DNA of 64,000 bases from Isurus oxyrinchus. Lineage: Eukaryota. Shown one piece after another: positions 1-11,620 of this stretch; within the stretch, counting starts at the first letter, position 1, and every line of letters begins with the position of its first letter. Below the pieces are notes generated by a model. The model saw only the letters and a program-made list of their open reading frames with translations. It had not been told where the DNA came from and did not search any database. Where the stretch lies: positions 4,340,001 through 4,404,000 of the forward strand of contig JANJGN010000034.1 in NCBI GenBank assembly GCA_026770705.1, given 5' to 3'. Both the position numbers and the translations under genes were made by a program.

Positions 1-1342
1 GAAATTCGTCTTGGGTAGTTCAACAAAGTTAGCATTAACTGCTCATTTTGCACCGTGCATGTGATACAGTTCGAACAATCTTAAAAAAAAGAAATAATTT
101 GAATGAAAGGATAAATCTTCTGCTTTACACTAATGCCATTGAGACTCTATATCATGCCTACCACCTTGGTCTCCGAATTGTACCAACACACTTCCGAGAG
201 AAATTGATTTAACAAAAAGGGAATTCCCAAAAACTGTTGCTATGATACGCTCAATTGCACTCAAAATCCCAGTTCCATTGACAAGTATGGAAATCAGATA
301 TATTATTCACCGTGTTCCTACCTTACCTTAGGCGCAATTTAACCTACACAGTGTCTTGTTTTTGCCATATCTCAAAGATCTTAAGCCTGCTTCATGATGA
401 AGATTGTAATGCCCATGCTTCTCCGACTGCCTTCCACATCCAAAAATTTTCATTCCCACTTCCGAACTCCAACCCTGTAAAATAAATTAAATGCATCTGC
501 ACAGCCGCTGACTCTGTTATTCAACCTTGTTTTCATACCACCGACTGCACCCCCTCCTTGATATTTTAGAAACTTCGATTCAACTACATTCGTCATTCGC
601 CCGTATTAACTACAGCCACTCGCCGCTTAATTTCTCTGCAACCACCGCAAATGAATGTGCTCCCTTCACCCGACTACAAGCAACAAGCGCAACTCCAATA
701 ACCAATGCTACTCTGAATTACAGTCCCAGAAAAGTACACCATCAAAAATGTGTTCTCCCCAAACCCCTTTTACCCATCCCCTATTATGTTACTTGTCTGA
801 ACTCCAAACCCGCAAACATCCTCTGCAAACCCTGGCTATGGTCCCAACGCAGCACTACCAAGCAACCTCTGTGTAACCGCGCCACCCAACCCCCCCCCCC
901 CCCCCCCACCCTCCATTCCAGCCATTGTCCATCGTACCCACAACTGGCCATCCACCTAACCACTTGAATAGCCCAACTAGCTCCAACTCCCAGCCCCCAA
1001 ACAACCGTCAGCTACCAACTGCTCAACCCCCATTGAACATCGGACCACGACATCCATCACTTCTTCTGACGATCTGACACTACAACATATGCCTTTTCGT
1101 CCCCCTGCACGTGACAATGTCTACATGACCAGCCTGCAATGATAACCGGAGCTCTGCTGGCATTCACGATTGTCTATTCAGGGCCCTTCAGATGTCCTTC
1201 AATAACCACCAGACTCTCACTCCACTGATCTTACGGCCATAAAAGACAACGGCCTCTAACGAAATTATGTACATTTCTAGCCACTTTGTATAGGTGAAAC
1301 GTATTGTCCTATCCTTTTCAATATGAAGATGGGAGTTATGCT

Positions 1343-1357
1343 GCATTGTAGAATTAT
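1343..1357 (+). repeat. Left target-site duplication of the palindromic PLE (GCATTGTAGAATTAT)
   Basis: Identical 15-mer at 2747-2761, directly after the right arm. Confidence 0.9.
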
Positions 1358-1454
1358 AAAAACAAAGAGAACTGCGGATGCTGGAAATGCAAAACAAAAA
1401 CAGAATTACCTGGAAAAACTCAGCAGGTCTGGCAGCATCGGCGGAGAAGAAAAG

Positions 1455-1493
1455 AGTTGACGTTTCGAGTCTTCATGACCCTTCGACAGAACT
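1455..1493 (-). ncRNA. Minimal type I hammerhead ribozyme-like motif in PLE pLTR
   Basis: AGUU-CUGUCGA-A-GGGUC(AUGAA)GACUC-GAAAC-GUC-AACU: stem I AGUU/AACU, stem II GGGUC/GACUC, palindromic minimal stem III ACGU, GUC site. The core has U at the normally conserved A6. Confidence 0.7.
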
Positions 1494-1889
1494 TGATTTC
1501 GAGTCCAGGAAAGAGTTGAAATATAAGTTGGTTTAAGGTGTGTGTGGGGGGGGGGGGGGGGGGGCGCGGAGAGAGAGAGAGAGACAGAGGTGCTTGTGTA
1601 GACAAACAAGCAGTGATAGAAGCAGATCATCAAAAGATGTCAGTGACAATGGGACAAAAGAACACATAGGTGTTAAAGTTAAAGTTGGTGATATTATCTA
1701 AACGAATGTGCTAATTAAGAATGGATGGTAGGGCACTCAAGGTACAGCTCTAGTGGGGGTGGGGGGAGCATAAAAGATTTTAAAATATTTAAAAATAAGT
1801 GGGAAAAGAAAAATCTGTAAAATTTATAGGGAAAAAAAAGGGGAAAAAAAGGGGGGAAACAGAAAGGGGGTGGGGATGGGGGAGGGAGC

Positions 1890-2100
1890 TCACGACCTAA
1901 AGTTATTGAATTCAATATTCAGACCGGAAGGCTGTAAGGTGCCTAGTCGGAAGATGAGGTGTTGTTCCTCCAGTTTGCGTTGGGCTTCACTGGAACAATG
2001 CAGTAAGCCAAGGACAGACATGTGGGCAAGAGAGCAGGGTGGAGTGTTAAAATGGCAAGCGACAGGGAGGTTTGGGTCATTCTTGCGGACAGACCGCAAG
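1890..2100 (-). pseudogene. PLE GIY-YIG endonuclease C-terminal fragment (left arm)
   Basis: Translates LRSVRKNDPNLPVACHFNTPPCSLAHMSVLGLLHCSSEAQRKLEEQHLIFRLGTLQPSGLNIEFNNFRS*. The VAxHF, RxxxExxxI and PxGLN motifs are typical of the PLE GIY-YIG end. Confidence 0.85.
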
Positions 2101-2292
2101 AATGACCCAAACCTCCCTGTCGCTTGCCATTTTAACACTCCACCCTGCTCTCTTGCCCACATGTCTGTCCTTGGCTTACTGCATTGTTCCAGTGAAGCCC
2201 AACGCAAACTGGAGGAACAACACCTCATCTTCCGACTAGGCACCTTACAGCCTTCTGGTCTGAATATTGAATTCAATAACTTTAGGTCGTGA
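2094..2292 (+). pseudogene. PLE GIY-YIG endonuclease C-terminal fragment (right arm)
   Basis: Mirror copy of the left-arm fragment; stop at 2290-2292. Confidence 0.85.
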
Positions 2293-2695
2293 GCTCCCTC
2301 CCCCATCCCCACCCCCTTTCTGTTTCACCCCTTTTTTTCCCCTTTTTTTTTCCCTATAAATTTTACAGATTTTTCTTTTCCCACTTATTTTTAAATATTT
2401 TAAAATCTTTTATGCTCCCCCCACCCCCACTAGAGCTGTACCTTGAGTGCCCTACCATCCATTCTTAATTAGCACATTCGTTTAGATAATATCACCAACT
2501 TTAACTTTAACACCTATGTGTTCTTTTGTCCCATTGTCACTGACATCTTTTGATGATCTGCTTCTATCACTGCTTGTTTGTCTACACAAGCACCTCTGTC
2601 TCTCTCTCTCTCTCCGCGCCCCCCCCCCCCCCCCCCACCCCTCCCACACACCTTAAACCAACTTATATTTCAACTCTTTCCTGGACTCGAAATCA

Positions 2696-2734
2696 AGTTC
2701 TGTCGAAGGGTCATGAAGACTCGAAACGTCAACT
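2696..2734 (+). ncRNA. Minimal type I hammerhead ribozyme-like motif in PLE pLTR (right arm)
   Basis: agttctgtcgaagggtcatgaagactcgaaacgtcaact; same fold as 1455-1493. Confidence 0.7.
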
Positions 2735-2746
2735 CTTTTCTTCTCC

Positions 2747-2761
2747 GCATTGTAGAATTAT
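2747..2761 (+). repeat. Right target-site duplication of the palindromic PLE
   Basis: Identical to 1343-1357; the first GC also matches the element (microhomology). Confidence 0.9.
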
Positions 2762-3137
2762 TGTTGGTGGAATTCACAAATGCTAGAATAGCATGCTAAT
2801 TAGTTATAAAATTCAAAATGCAGATCAGGGTCGTCGCAATTTCTATTGTAAATGTTCATCAATATGATTTGTTAAATGTATTTTTCTTCCTTTGTCCTAG
2901 CTGAGCTGCGTATAATTTCCGACCTTTTATTTTCGTTAAAGCATTAAAATTTAATATGTTTTATAATATTTATTTTCTTTCCAAATTTCCTTCGTGGTCT
3001 GAAAAAGGCCGGATGTTCTTCAGTTACAATAGTCGGCCGCCTTATCCATTAACACATCTACTGGTGTGATCTCCCTCCAGCAATGCATGGGTTTCAGTCC
3101 AGACGATGTCTCAGTTTTTTTTCTTTTTGCCTTTCAG

Positions 3138-3173
3138 AATTGAAAATGCTGAGAAAGGTTTTGGGTGAATTAG
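3138..3173 (+). CDS. 36-nt phase 1-1 microexon (E)LKMLRKVLGEL of coiled-coil gene
   Basis: Acceptor tttttttctttttgcctttcag, donor AG|gtgggg, open frame; shares tttgcctttcagaatt with the exon at 47293. Confidence 0.8.
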
Positions 3174-3989
3174 GTGGGGTAAACTATAAAATGGGACTAA
3201 TCTATCCTTCTGATAACATAAAAAAAGAATCAGAGTGCACCTGTTTAAAAATGGCATCATGCAATAATACAGGACAAACCTCCTCCAGCCAATAGTGCTC
3301 GTTGAATTATCTACCAAAAATGTGCGATATCTTGGCTCTTTCTGTATCATATCTGATATATTTGAAACAATTTTCCACATGAATACTTGAAAGATACAAG
3401 CGCCATGCATCCCCCAGCATCTTGTGCAGATGCTTTGAATAATATTTTTCATTTCTCTTTCAAAGGCTTTGCAAATCTCTTCCCTCAGATTTCTTTGCCG
3501 GATATATAAATATGTGTTCCTTGCAAGTGACAATTTGGCAAAGTAAATACATTTACCTACATGCGTTAGCAAAACCTCTCATATTTTGGTGAGAGTTCAA
3601 CATCTTCCTTTTGACTCAAATGCGGAATAATTCAATGGTGCATAATTCGTTAACACCCGTGAATCTCTGAATTCCATGGAAAGGGAAAATATGATTTAAT
3701 AAGAAGTAATCATATCTGTAATCCAAGTGATGTAGCTTATTATGTACAATTAGGCATTATGTATAGTGGAAAATGAGAATATGCAGATTGTGTTCGATGA
3801 AATCGGCAGGCACATAACACAGAATGTGACCAATCCAACAAGAAAATGCGGGCTGAGGGGACATGGTTCTTGGAAATAAGTTGGGTAAAGAAGATCAATT
3901 GTATGTGGGGGAAATTTAGCAGGCAGTAATCATTGTATTGTACATTCTCGGATGACGATTTAAAAGGAAGCAAGGCAATTCACAGTAAG

Positions 3990-5560
3990 TATAAATAACT
4001 GGACGAGCGCCGATTCTGAAGGGCAAGAAATGCCCTGGATCATAGGGACAGGAATAAAAGATTGCAGGGAAAAAAAAAACCTGCAGCAGCACAATGGGAT
4101 GACTTCAAAAACAATTGGCAGAGCATAGCCAAGGTAGATTCCACCGAAATGGAAATGTAACCCAAACTAATCCTTAGCTCCCTCAGCTAAAAATGAGACA
4201 GGAATAAAGATAAAGAAGAAAACATCTGTGTATCACAGATGCCAACCAGAAAATACAATTGAGAACGAAGAGAAATGCAGAAGCTTCAGAGGTGGTGTTA
4301 AAAAGAATCGGACAGAAGCGAAGAGATTTTATGACAAGCGACTGGCAGCCAACTTAAAGGGGAATCACAAAGTCCTCTATAGGACATTAATAGTAAAAAG
4401 CGTCCTACAAGGAGGAGAACTAATTTGTAAGGCCCAAATACAGAAGTTCCCATGGACGACAGAGGTATGACTGAGATATTAAATCATTATTTTGCGTCGG
4501 ACTTTACGAAGGAGGTTACTGCTACCCAGGCCATGGTGGCAGGCGAGGAAACCCAGTCACAAGAAGGATTCAAAATTAAGAAGCAGCAAACGGTGGATGG
4601 ACTGACAGTAGTGAAAGTTGGTAAGGCATCGCGACTGGATGAGTTGCATCCTACGATATTGAAGCGAGTATGAACAGGCAGTGCAGGTGCACTGGCCATA
4701 ATCTGGTAGTAGTCCTTGTACTCAGGGGAAGCGACAGACGACTGACAAATTGCAAGCATTAGGCCGTTGTTACAAAAATATTGTAAGGTGAGTCCCAGTG
4801 GTAGACAAGATTATAGATACAATTATTGCGGAGAGAATTAGTAGTCACAAAGGAAAAAACATCATTTTTCCAGGAAGAACCAGCATAGACTTGGAAAGGG
4901 GAAATCGTATGTAACTATATTACGGCAGCTTTTTGGGGAAGTAACAGAAAGTGTCAATGAAAGTGATGCAATTGATGTGGTTTTCATGGATTTTCAAAAG
5001 ACATTTGATACAATGCCACACGACATGCTTGCGAAAAAACAAAGTTATTGTTCATGGGTTAAAAGGAAAAACAGCAATTTGGATGCAACTTTGGATAAAA
5101 AGAAAAGGAAGCATATAGTAATTGCCAATGAATAATTTTTCGGGCTGGAAGAATGTTGGTAGTGGGTTTCCAAAGGAATCTGTATTGGGACTCTTGTTTT
5201 TCATGATATGCATAATGATCTGGACCATGGAGTGCAGAGGACAATATCAGATTTGTGGATGATACGAAGTGTTGGTAGTGTCGTGGACTGTGAGGAGGAG
5301 GGCGGGGAAATGCAAGGTGACATATGCAATTTTGTGGAGGCGGAGGATAGTTGGCAGATGAAATTCAATGTGGAAAAGTGGGAGGTAATGCATTTTGATG
5401 GTAAAAATATGGGCAGACCATTTAAAGGAAGCGGTGAACTTGTGAAGGCAGAACAGGAGCAGGACAGGTGAGTGTATATGTCTGCAGATCAATGAAGCTG
5501 GCAGGAAAGGTGGAGAATTCACTTGACGAAGCATATACTATCCTTGACCTTATTGCTACT
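3990..5560 (+). mobile_element. Degenerate CR1 LINE ORF2 (RT region)
   Basis: Frameshifted motifs EILNHYFASDFTKE, DELHPTILK, DVVFMDFQKTFD, WQMKFNVEKWEVMHF. Confidence 0.85.
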
Positions 5561-6212
5561 GTCATACTCAATAAGGTTATGTCTGACCTTATCCTAACCA
5601 TACCTTTGGTTAATGTTTGCCAACCAGAAGCGTTGATTCCCCGTTCGATTGAGATCTGCTTAACTGAAACTTCATGATAATCAATGGCATGCCTTCACTG
5701 CATACTGGCCAAAAATATGCTACCATTACTGGTCACCTGAAAGAAAAACATGTTCCTCGTTAACAATTTTTTAATGGCATCACCTACATTGACATTGTGC
5801 CTCCTTCTCATTTTCCCCACGTAAAACGTTTGTTGAACAATTCGCCTGACAGGGCTTCTCTTATGATTCTGTGAGAGTAGTTCAATTTTTGTAAACTCGA
5901 ATAAAGCAATGTTCAATTAACTGAACATTTCGCCAGATGACAGTCACATCATGGCAGAGAACAACAGGCCTTCACTTATATCTCTCCTTATTTAATGATT
6001 TTAATACCGTGTCACATTATTTTCAGTAACTGTAGAAATCCTGTGTCGTCTGGCACATAACCTTCCACCCCAATACCCGTTTATCACTGAGTGATGAGCA
6101 ATTGCCTGAAACATTTAGGTTTGAGACGCTCGTTTGTAGCATTAACTATAGCATAAACAAACGCATCAAATGCCACTTTCTGCACTGTAAATACTATTTG
6201 TTCGTATTTCAG

Positions 6213-6239
6213 AAGGAAAACTCCACCAACGTGAGAACA
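6213..6239 (+). CDS. 27-nt phase 1-1 microexon (E)GKLHQREN
   Basis: Acceptor tttgttcgtatttcag, donor CA|gtaagt, open frame, continues the heptad register of 3138-3173. Confidence 0.8.
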
Positions 6240-9200
6240 GTAAGTGCTGACAGATTTTTCCACCTGCATTGTGAGTAATTCCTCCATCTGTTAATTACTA
6301 TGTGAATAAATCAATTGAAAAAGTTAAGCAGCATGTATTTCTTTTCTTCTCCTCTTGACAATAATCAGGTTCTGTATTACCTAGCGATTAAGTAATTTAC
6401 TTATTAATCGTTAACAAGATTGCTTCCGCTTATAAGTCATTACTAATACAATGTTTTATAACTGGAAACAAAATTGAGAAATATTACCTGAAATCTTAAA
6501 AAGATTCTCCCTACAACAGGCATTGATATAGCGTCATTAAAGGTGCTATACATTAGAAGTCACTGCACAGCGGAACTATTAAATCGTGGTTTTTCCACAA
6601 AGTACTCGCTAGAAGCTAACCTTTGAATGGCAATACAAATGTTGCAATGTTGGTGTTTATAGGGAAGTGACTGGGGCGTAGATATCTGAAGACACTGTCG
6701 GCAGTGCTGGAGCATTTACAGTTGTGAATAAGAAAGCTTGTAAGATAACAAATAACCAGGATGTCGAAGAGCTAGCAGCTTGCGGAAATAGAGATTTGAA
6801 AGCAAAGTTGGAATGTTCAATGTTATGAAGTTGTAATTTCCTAACCCAGTATATCTTAGTTGGTATATGTTGAAATAGCCGAAATAACTTTTATCTTGTT
6901 TGCCAACTCGGTTCAAAATGGACCACAGTGATGAACGGAGAAAATGAGAGGCCATTTCAGGTCTGAGTCTTCATCAGAGCATTGGGTTTCTTTGGGGTTA
7001 TGTTCGGCTGTCATTGCTGTCAAATGCGATCAGAGCTGCTCACCATCTTTAGCATATTAATGTTCAACAGAATTACGTGTATGCTCGGAATTGGAAATAA
7101 AAAGAAAATAAATTTTAAAAAGTAAACAGGAAACACTGCACAGGATATGCTCTGAAATGGATTAATTCGTTGTTGAGTCTTCTGGGCTCTAAAGCGCCGA
7201 ATCGAAAGTTGTCTTGTTGCTAATCAACCCTAAATTGAATCCCACCTGAGAAACACTATCTCTTAATCTCTTTTGCAAGTCAAGGTTTAAGTGAAATTAA
7301 AATACTCGATATCAAAGCAGGTTGAAAGGAGATGTTGCAGCTTGATCCTGTTCTTTGTTTTTCCCCTCACACTTGTTGCAAGATAACTTTAGTAACGGGA
7401 TCCATGATTTCAAATAACCTCACGCATAAGTAACTTGTTCAGACCTGTCGACTTATTTATCAATGGGGCATTCTTCCGGAGAATGACAAACTTTTGCTCC
7501 ACATCGAAAACCCTTTCAACCCATGCAAATTTGGTTCATTTTCTTCAGTATCTGAATCCTTATCGGATTTCAGCCTTCTCAGCAGACACTTAGGCTCCTG
7601 CTACTTATTAACTGCTTGGAAGATATCGCCAGCAATCCAGAGAACGCACTCTTCCATCATCCATTCATTGAATATTACAGTTGTGGCATGAAGAACATTT
7701 ATTGCCAGGCATGTTATTCCTGAGAATGTGACAGTGATTAACCTTCTGGAAAAGTTCACTTAAATGCTCTGCATTCTTTCAAATGCAGCATTGGATATGG
7801 CATTTGGGATTTTGGCACAACAATGATAAATTAACAGAAATATTAATCGACCATGTTGGCATTTAACGTAGTTTTTATTGTACAAACTTCTCTACTGCAT
7901 CTAGGTGTCAGAGTTTAAAGTGTCCTACCAGTTTCTGTATAAAACTCAGCACCGTGTTTCAGTATATCTTTTAAACAAGATGAAAACAGGTTTGCCGAGT
8001 GAGCATGGTGGGAGACTGGGCAGGATATTGTTGGATCGTTATAATGCATTCTTCATAGACAAAAAAACTCTATATTTATCACAGAAGCCAGCTTTCATAA
8101 AAGAGAAGGAAATAAAAATTGTTTTTTTTTACTTGCCCTCCCGTAAAGGAACTCTGCTTTTTATATGTCACTGATAAGATTTTGCTTGGATTTTCAACTA
8201 TTTATTTTAATTTCACTGCTGGATATTTGATTAATTTCTCCTTTGATTTAGATATGCGATAACATTTTAAATCAAAGAATATTTTTTATTTACCTGTGGC
8301 AACAATTGTTACACTTGAATTTAAGGAGAATGGAGAATTCTACGAAATTGCCCTGATGGCTCATAAAAGAACCACTCGGCAACATCACATAAAGTAAAAT
8401 CTTATGTTTCATGCTGGAAGATCAGTAGCTCAGAAGTGAATAAATTTGAATAAAGGAAGTGTAATCCAATTAGACGGCTGTTGCATCAGCCAGATCTCGG
8501 AAGAAAGGCTCAGCAAGTTTTCCTCTCCTTACTGATGGGAAGCAAGCTGTTTTGCTCCTTGAGCAAAAAATTTGGAGAGGCTTCGGTTTCATTTAGAAAA
8601 CTGAAATATTCGATTACTTCAAAGGAAGAGGTTGGTAACAAGAGAGCATTTTATGGATAGCGCTAGAACGATGAATGCTTGTTCTATAGATAAATAAAAC
8701 TTATAGAATGGTGTATGAATCTTTTGTTATATACTAAAGCAAAGGTGATCCGATAGTACTGTGTATTGTGAATATTCAGTGACTGCATTGAAACTGAATA
8801 TCATTACTAGTATGCAGTGAGCGGGAATAGACACATCAAAGGCTGAAATAGCACAAAATTCAGTTGGATCGAACAGTTGTTCTTCAGAGTGCTTAATTGT
8901 GTAATTTTGCGGGTAAGGAAGTAGGTAAGGATGAGTCAAGTTGTGAATTTATCGTATTTAACAAACTAAGGAATGCACGATGGCAGGGACAATGGAACAA
9001 ATAAACTTCAGAGCTGAAGTCGTGAGGCTTGAAACAGAGCACAGCTGAGTTGTCTTTTAAAAATAGTTTAACTTCAAATGTGTGCTGTTGTCAAAAATAA
9101 GGCTGGTAAGGCGTACAAAATTAATTACATAATTTTAATGACTTACGGACACATACAACAACAGATAATCTATAAATACCGGCGTAATATATGCAATTAT

Positions 9201-9772
9201 TTAAAATTTTACAAATGTAACACATGTCAGGTAATATAGAGGTAATATTGTGCAAAACTTTGGATAACAGGACAATTGCACGCAAACATGAATCAAGATG
9301 TTGCAGATCATTATTCTCAGGCTGCGAGCCATTGATTTTGAGTTTGATTTGCGAGATACGACTGAGCATAAGGAAGTGTGATATGTCGATATCTTATTGA
9401 TAATACACTCACACGGCCGAAGAAACCCAATTTTGTCAGACGGAGGCTTTGTCCGCGAAGGGATAGGGTCATGTGCATTCAGCAGATGCTCCCAAAGAGT
9501 TTGACAAAAACTGGCCTTGACCAAAAAGTACGATACACTTCCCACCCATAAGAGAGCAAAAAATAAAGGTAAAGACAACCAATTAAGGCATTCAAAATGA
9601 GGTCTAATTCATCGCAGTTCAAAAGGCTGCCAAGGTGGTGAAGGCAGATTAGTCATTTGGCAACGATAAAAGGCTCTCTTAGTTAGCCAGATGGACGACC
9701 CCCTCGAAGTTAGAGTGCAAGAATCCAGAAGAGAGCATTTACCAATCAAGTGCGAGGATGATAATATCTGGA

Positions 9773-10333
9773 TAAAAACAAAAAACAAAAACAAAAACAG
9801 AATTAGCTGGAAAAACTCAGCAGGTCTGGCAACATCAGCGGAGAAGAAAACAGTTGACGTTTCGAGTCCTCATGACCCTTCGACAGAACTTGAGTTCGAG
9901 TCCATGAAAGAGTTGAAATATAAGCTGGTTTAAGGTGTGTGCGTGGGGGGCAGAGAGAGAGAGAGAGAGAGAAGTGGAGAGGGTTGGTGTGGTTGTAGGG
10001 ACAAACAAGCAGTGTTAGAAGCAGATCATCAAAAGATGTCAACAACAATAGAACAAAAGAACACATAGGTGTTAAAGTTAAAGTTGGTGATATTATCTAA
10101 ACGAATGTGCTAATTAAGAATGGATGGCAGGGCACTCAATGTATAGCTCTAGTGGGGGTCGGAAGAAAATAAAATATTTTATTTTTTTAAAAAAATAATG
10201 GAAATAGGAGGGAAAAGGAAAATCTATATAATTTATTGGGAAAAAAAGGGAGGGGGAAACAGAAGGGGGTGGGGATGGGGGACGGAGCTCACGACCTAAA
10301 GTTGTTGAATTCAATATTCAGTCCGGAAGGCTG
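9773..10333 (-). mobile_element. 5'-truncated Penelope-like element copy, same family as 1358-2746
   Basis: Colinear with about 1395-1935 and carries the last GIY-YIG codons (LQPSGLNIEFNNFRS). Flanked by direct repeat TAATATCTGGA at 9762-9772 and 10334-10344. Confidence 0.9.
9852..9890 (-). ncRNA. Minimal hammerhead ribozyme-like motif in second PLE copy
   Basis: AGUU-CUGUCGA-A-GGGUC(AUGAG)GACUC-GAAACGUC-AACU; differs from the first copy only in the stem II loop. Confidence 0.7.
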
Positions 10334-11049
10334 TAATATCTGGAAACAGCTGGAGAGGACACCGAAAACAAACTTCATGATCGCTGTTGGAACAAACGAT
10401 ATGACTATGTACAGAGAGCTTGTTCTGCTGAAAAAAATAATAAACAAAAGGAGTTAGGTGCTATATTGAATAACATGATTTCGGGCCTCATTAGCACCGG
10501 TTCATTACTGTTTGCATCTCCCAATTGTCAAAGGAGCAGACAAAGCATGACAATTATCATGTAGCTAAAGTGTTAATGGGAAATAGCTTTTTTTTTATGC
10601 AACACCATTAATAGTTCTTAGGCTGTACATTTCCGCACCTATGAGCTAGGCATCATGTGAAATGGGTTGGAACAGGTGCGCATGTGACACGTAAAGTGGG
10701 AACTCTCAAGGTCTTGGAAAGAGCATGATTGTTGCGGCTGTAGAGTGTATTGGGTTTGTCTATAATACACATAAGCAGAACAAGTGTAAACAATACATGC
10801 AAGGGCAACACCGTAAGTAATGATATTAGAGCGGGAATGGATGACATCGAATTACAGAATAGTCTCGAAACGAAGATTACACATAAAATGGGATAAAACG
10901 CTTCAAAAGTGAGTTGGCATCTCTGTACAACGTTCATAATGTAGCAGGGGAGCTGTGTCCAATCAAACATTTGTAGGAAACTGGCTTCATACTGAGGATT
11001 GAGTTTTGCCAAACTTTTTGTGCTGTTAGAAACGATAGCCATACGAGCA

Positions 11050-11620
11050 AATAAGACCATACTGACGACTTAAAACGTCAGATGGCTAGATAAATGTTGA
11101 TACCTAAGAAGTATGTTATCAACGGATGGAACATGCGAACAAGGACTGGAGGAGATGATCCAAAACATCATTTCAAAACCCTTAAAATAATTATTCTGAA
11201 CTCAAAATTAGGGACATAAAGCTCTGAAAACTGAAATGCTGAAAGACACCAATTTTATTTCCTGGAATTGATTGTTGGACGATACGTGAAGCAGAAATTA
11301 GCTTGAATAACTTTGGTTTTGAGGCAAATATTGGAATTAGTGTGGAGATTTCAAACTACCAATGAGGACATCCAGGTATAATCTGAGAGCATAATTATTC
11401 GACTCACCAAGATCAGGAAGAGAGAATTGGAATTTCCTGGGTATACATTAAGAGACAATATGTCATAATGCCTGATGCTGATAGGAAAATAGATGATGAA
11501 TCGCATCGAGGTTAGCAAAGAATTATTTTTCCAAGCAGCCTAGCAAATTATATCTAAGTACCACCTATGACGATGGTCCACGCCTCCAGAGCAAGTTTAC
11601 CTTGGAGCTCCCTGGTACCA
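11050..11620 (+). mobile_element. Degenerate RTE-clade LINE 3' fragment
   Basis: Broken motifs YL.SMLSTDGTCE, CWTI, TNED, IRKRELEF, GKI...HRG match the post-RT C-terminus of RTE elements. Confidence 0.55.

Larger units (their letters stand above)
1358..2746. mobile_element. Palindromic (head-to-head, tails-out) 5'-truncated Penelope-like retroelement insertion
   Basis: Arms 1441-2088 and 2094-2748 are near-perfect reverse complements around loop ACAGA (2089-2093). Each arm encodes a PLE GIY-YIG C-terminus (KNDPNLPVACHFN...RKLEEQHLIFRLGTLQPSGLNIEF) followed by a pLTR-like tail. The left arm has an extra 3' tail (1358-1440). Flanked by direct repeat GCATTGTAGAATTAT. Confidence 0.92.
9640..10660 (+). 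mobile_element. Degenerate CR1 ORF1 (SGNH esterase) remnant, split by a PLE insertion
   Basis: Right of the PLE it reads QLERT..FMIAVGTND...ELVLLK..ELGAIL, resembling the VVHVGTND block of CR1 ORF1 esterases; ends approximate. Confidence 0.55.

Noticed and set aside
527-1130. 146-aa ORF and C-rich region
   Set aside because: Low-complexity C-skewed sequence with a poly-C run; no protein motif; probably a decayed repeat.
1870-2312. Two nearly identical overlapping 140-aa ORFs on opposite strands
   Set aside because: Consequence of the palindrome: the N-terminal half of each is the antisense of the GIY-YIG fragment. Not a gene pair.
2901-2909. Strong acceptor followed by a possible 9-nt exon (A)EL
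   Set aside because: Donor gtataa is poor and the size does not fit the pattern; unsupported without RNA data.
8597-8634. 38-nt AG..GT segment
   Set aside because: Stop codon in the phase-1 frame and frame-breaking length.
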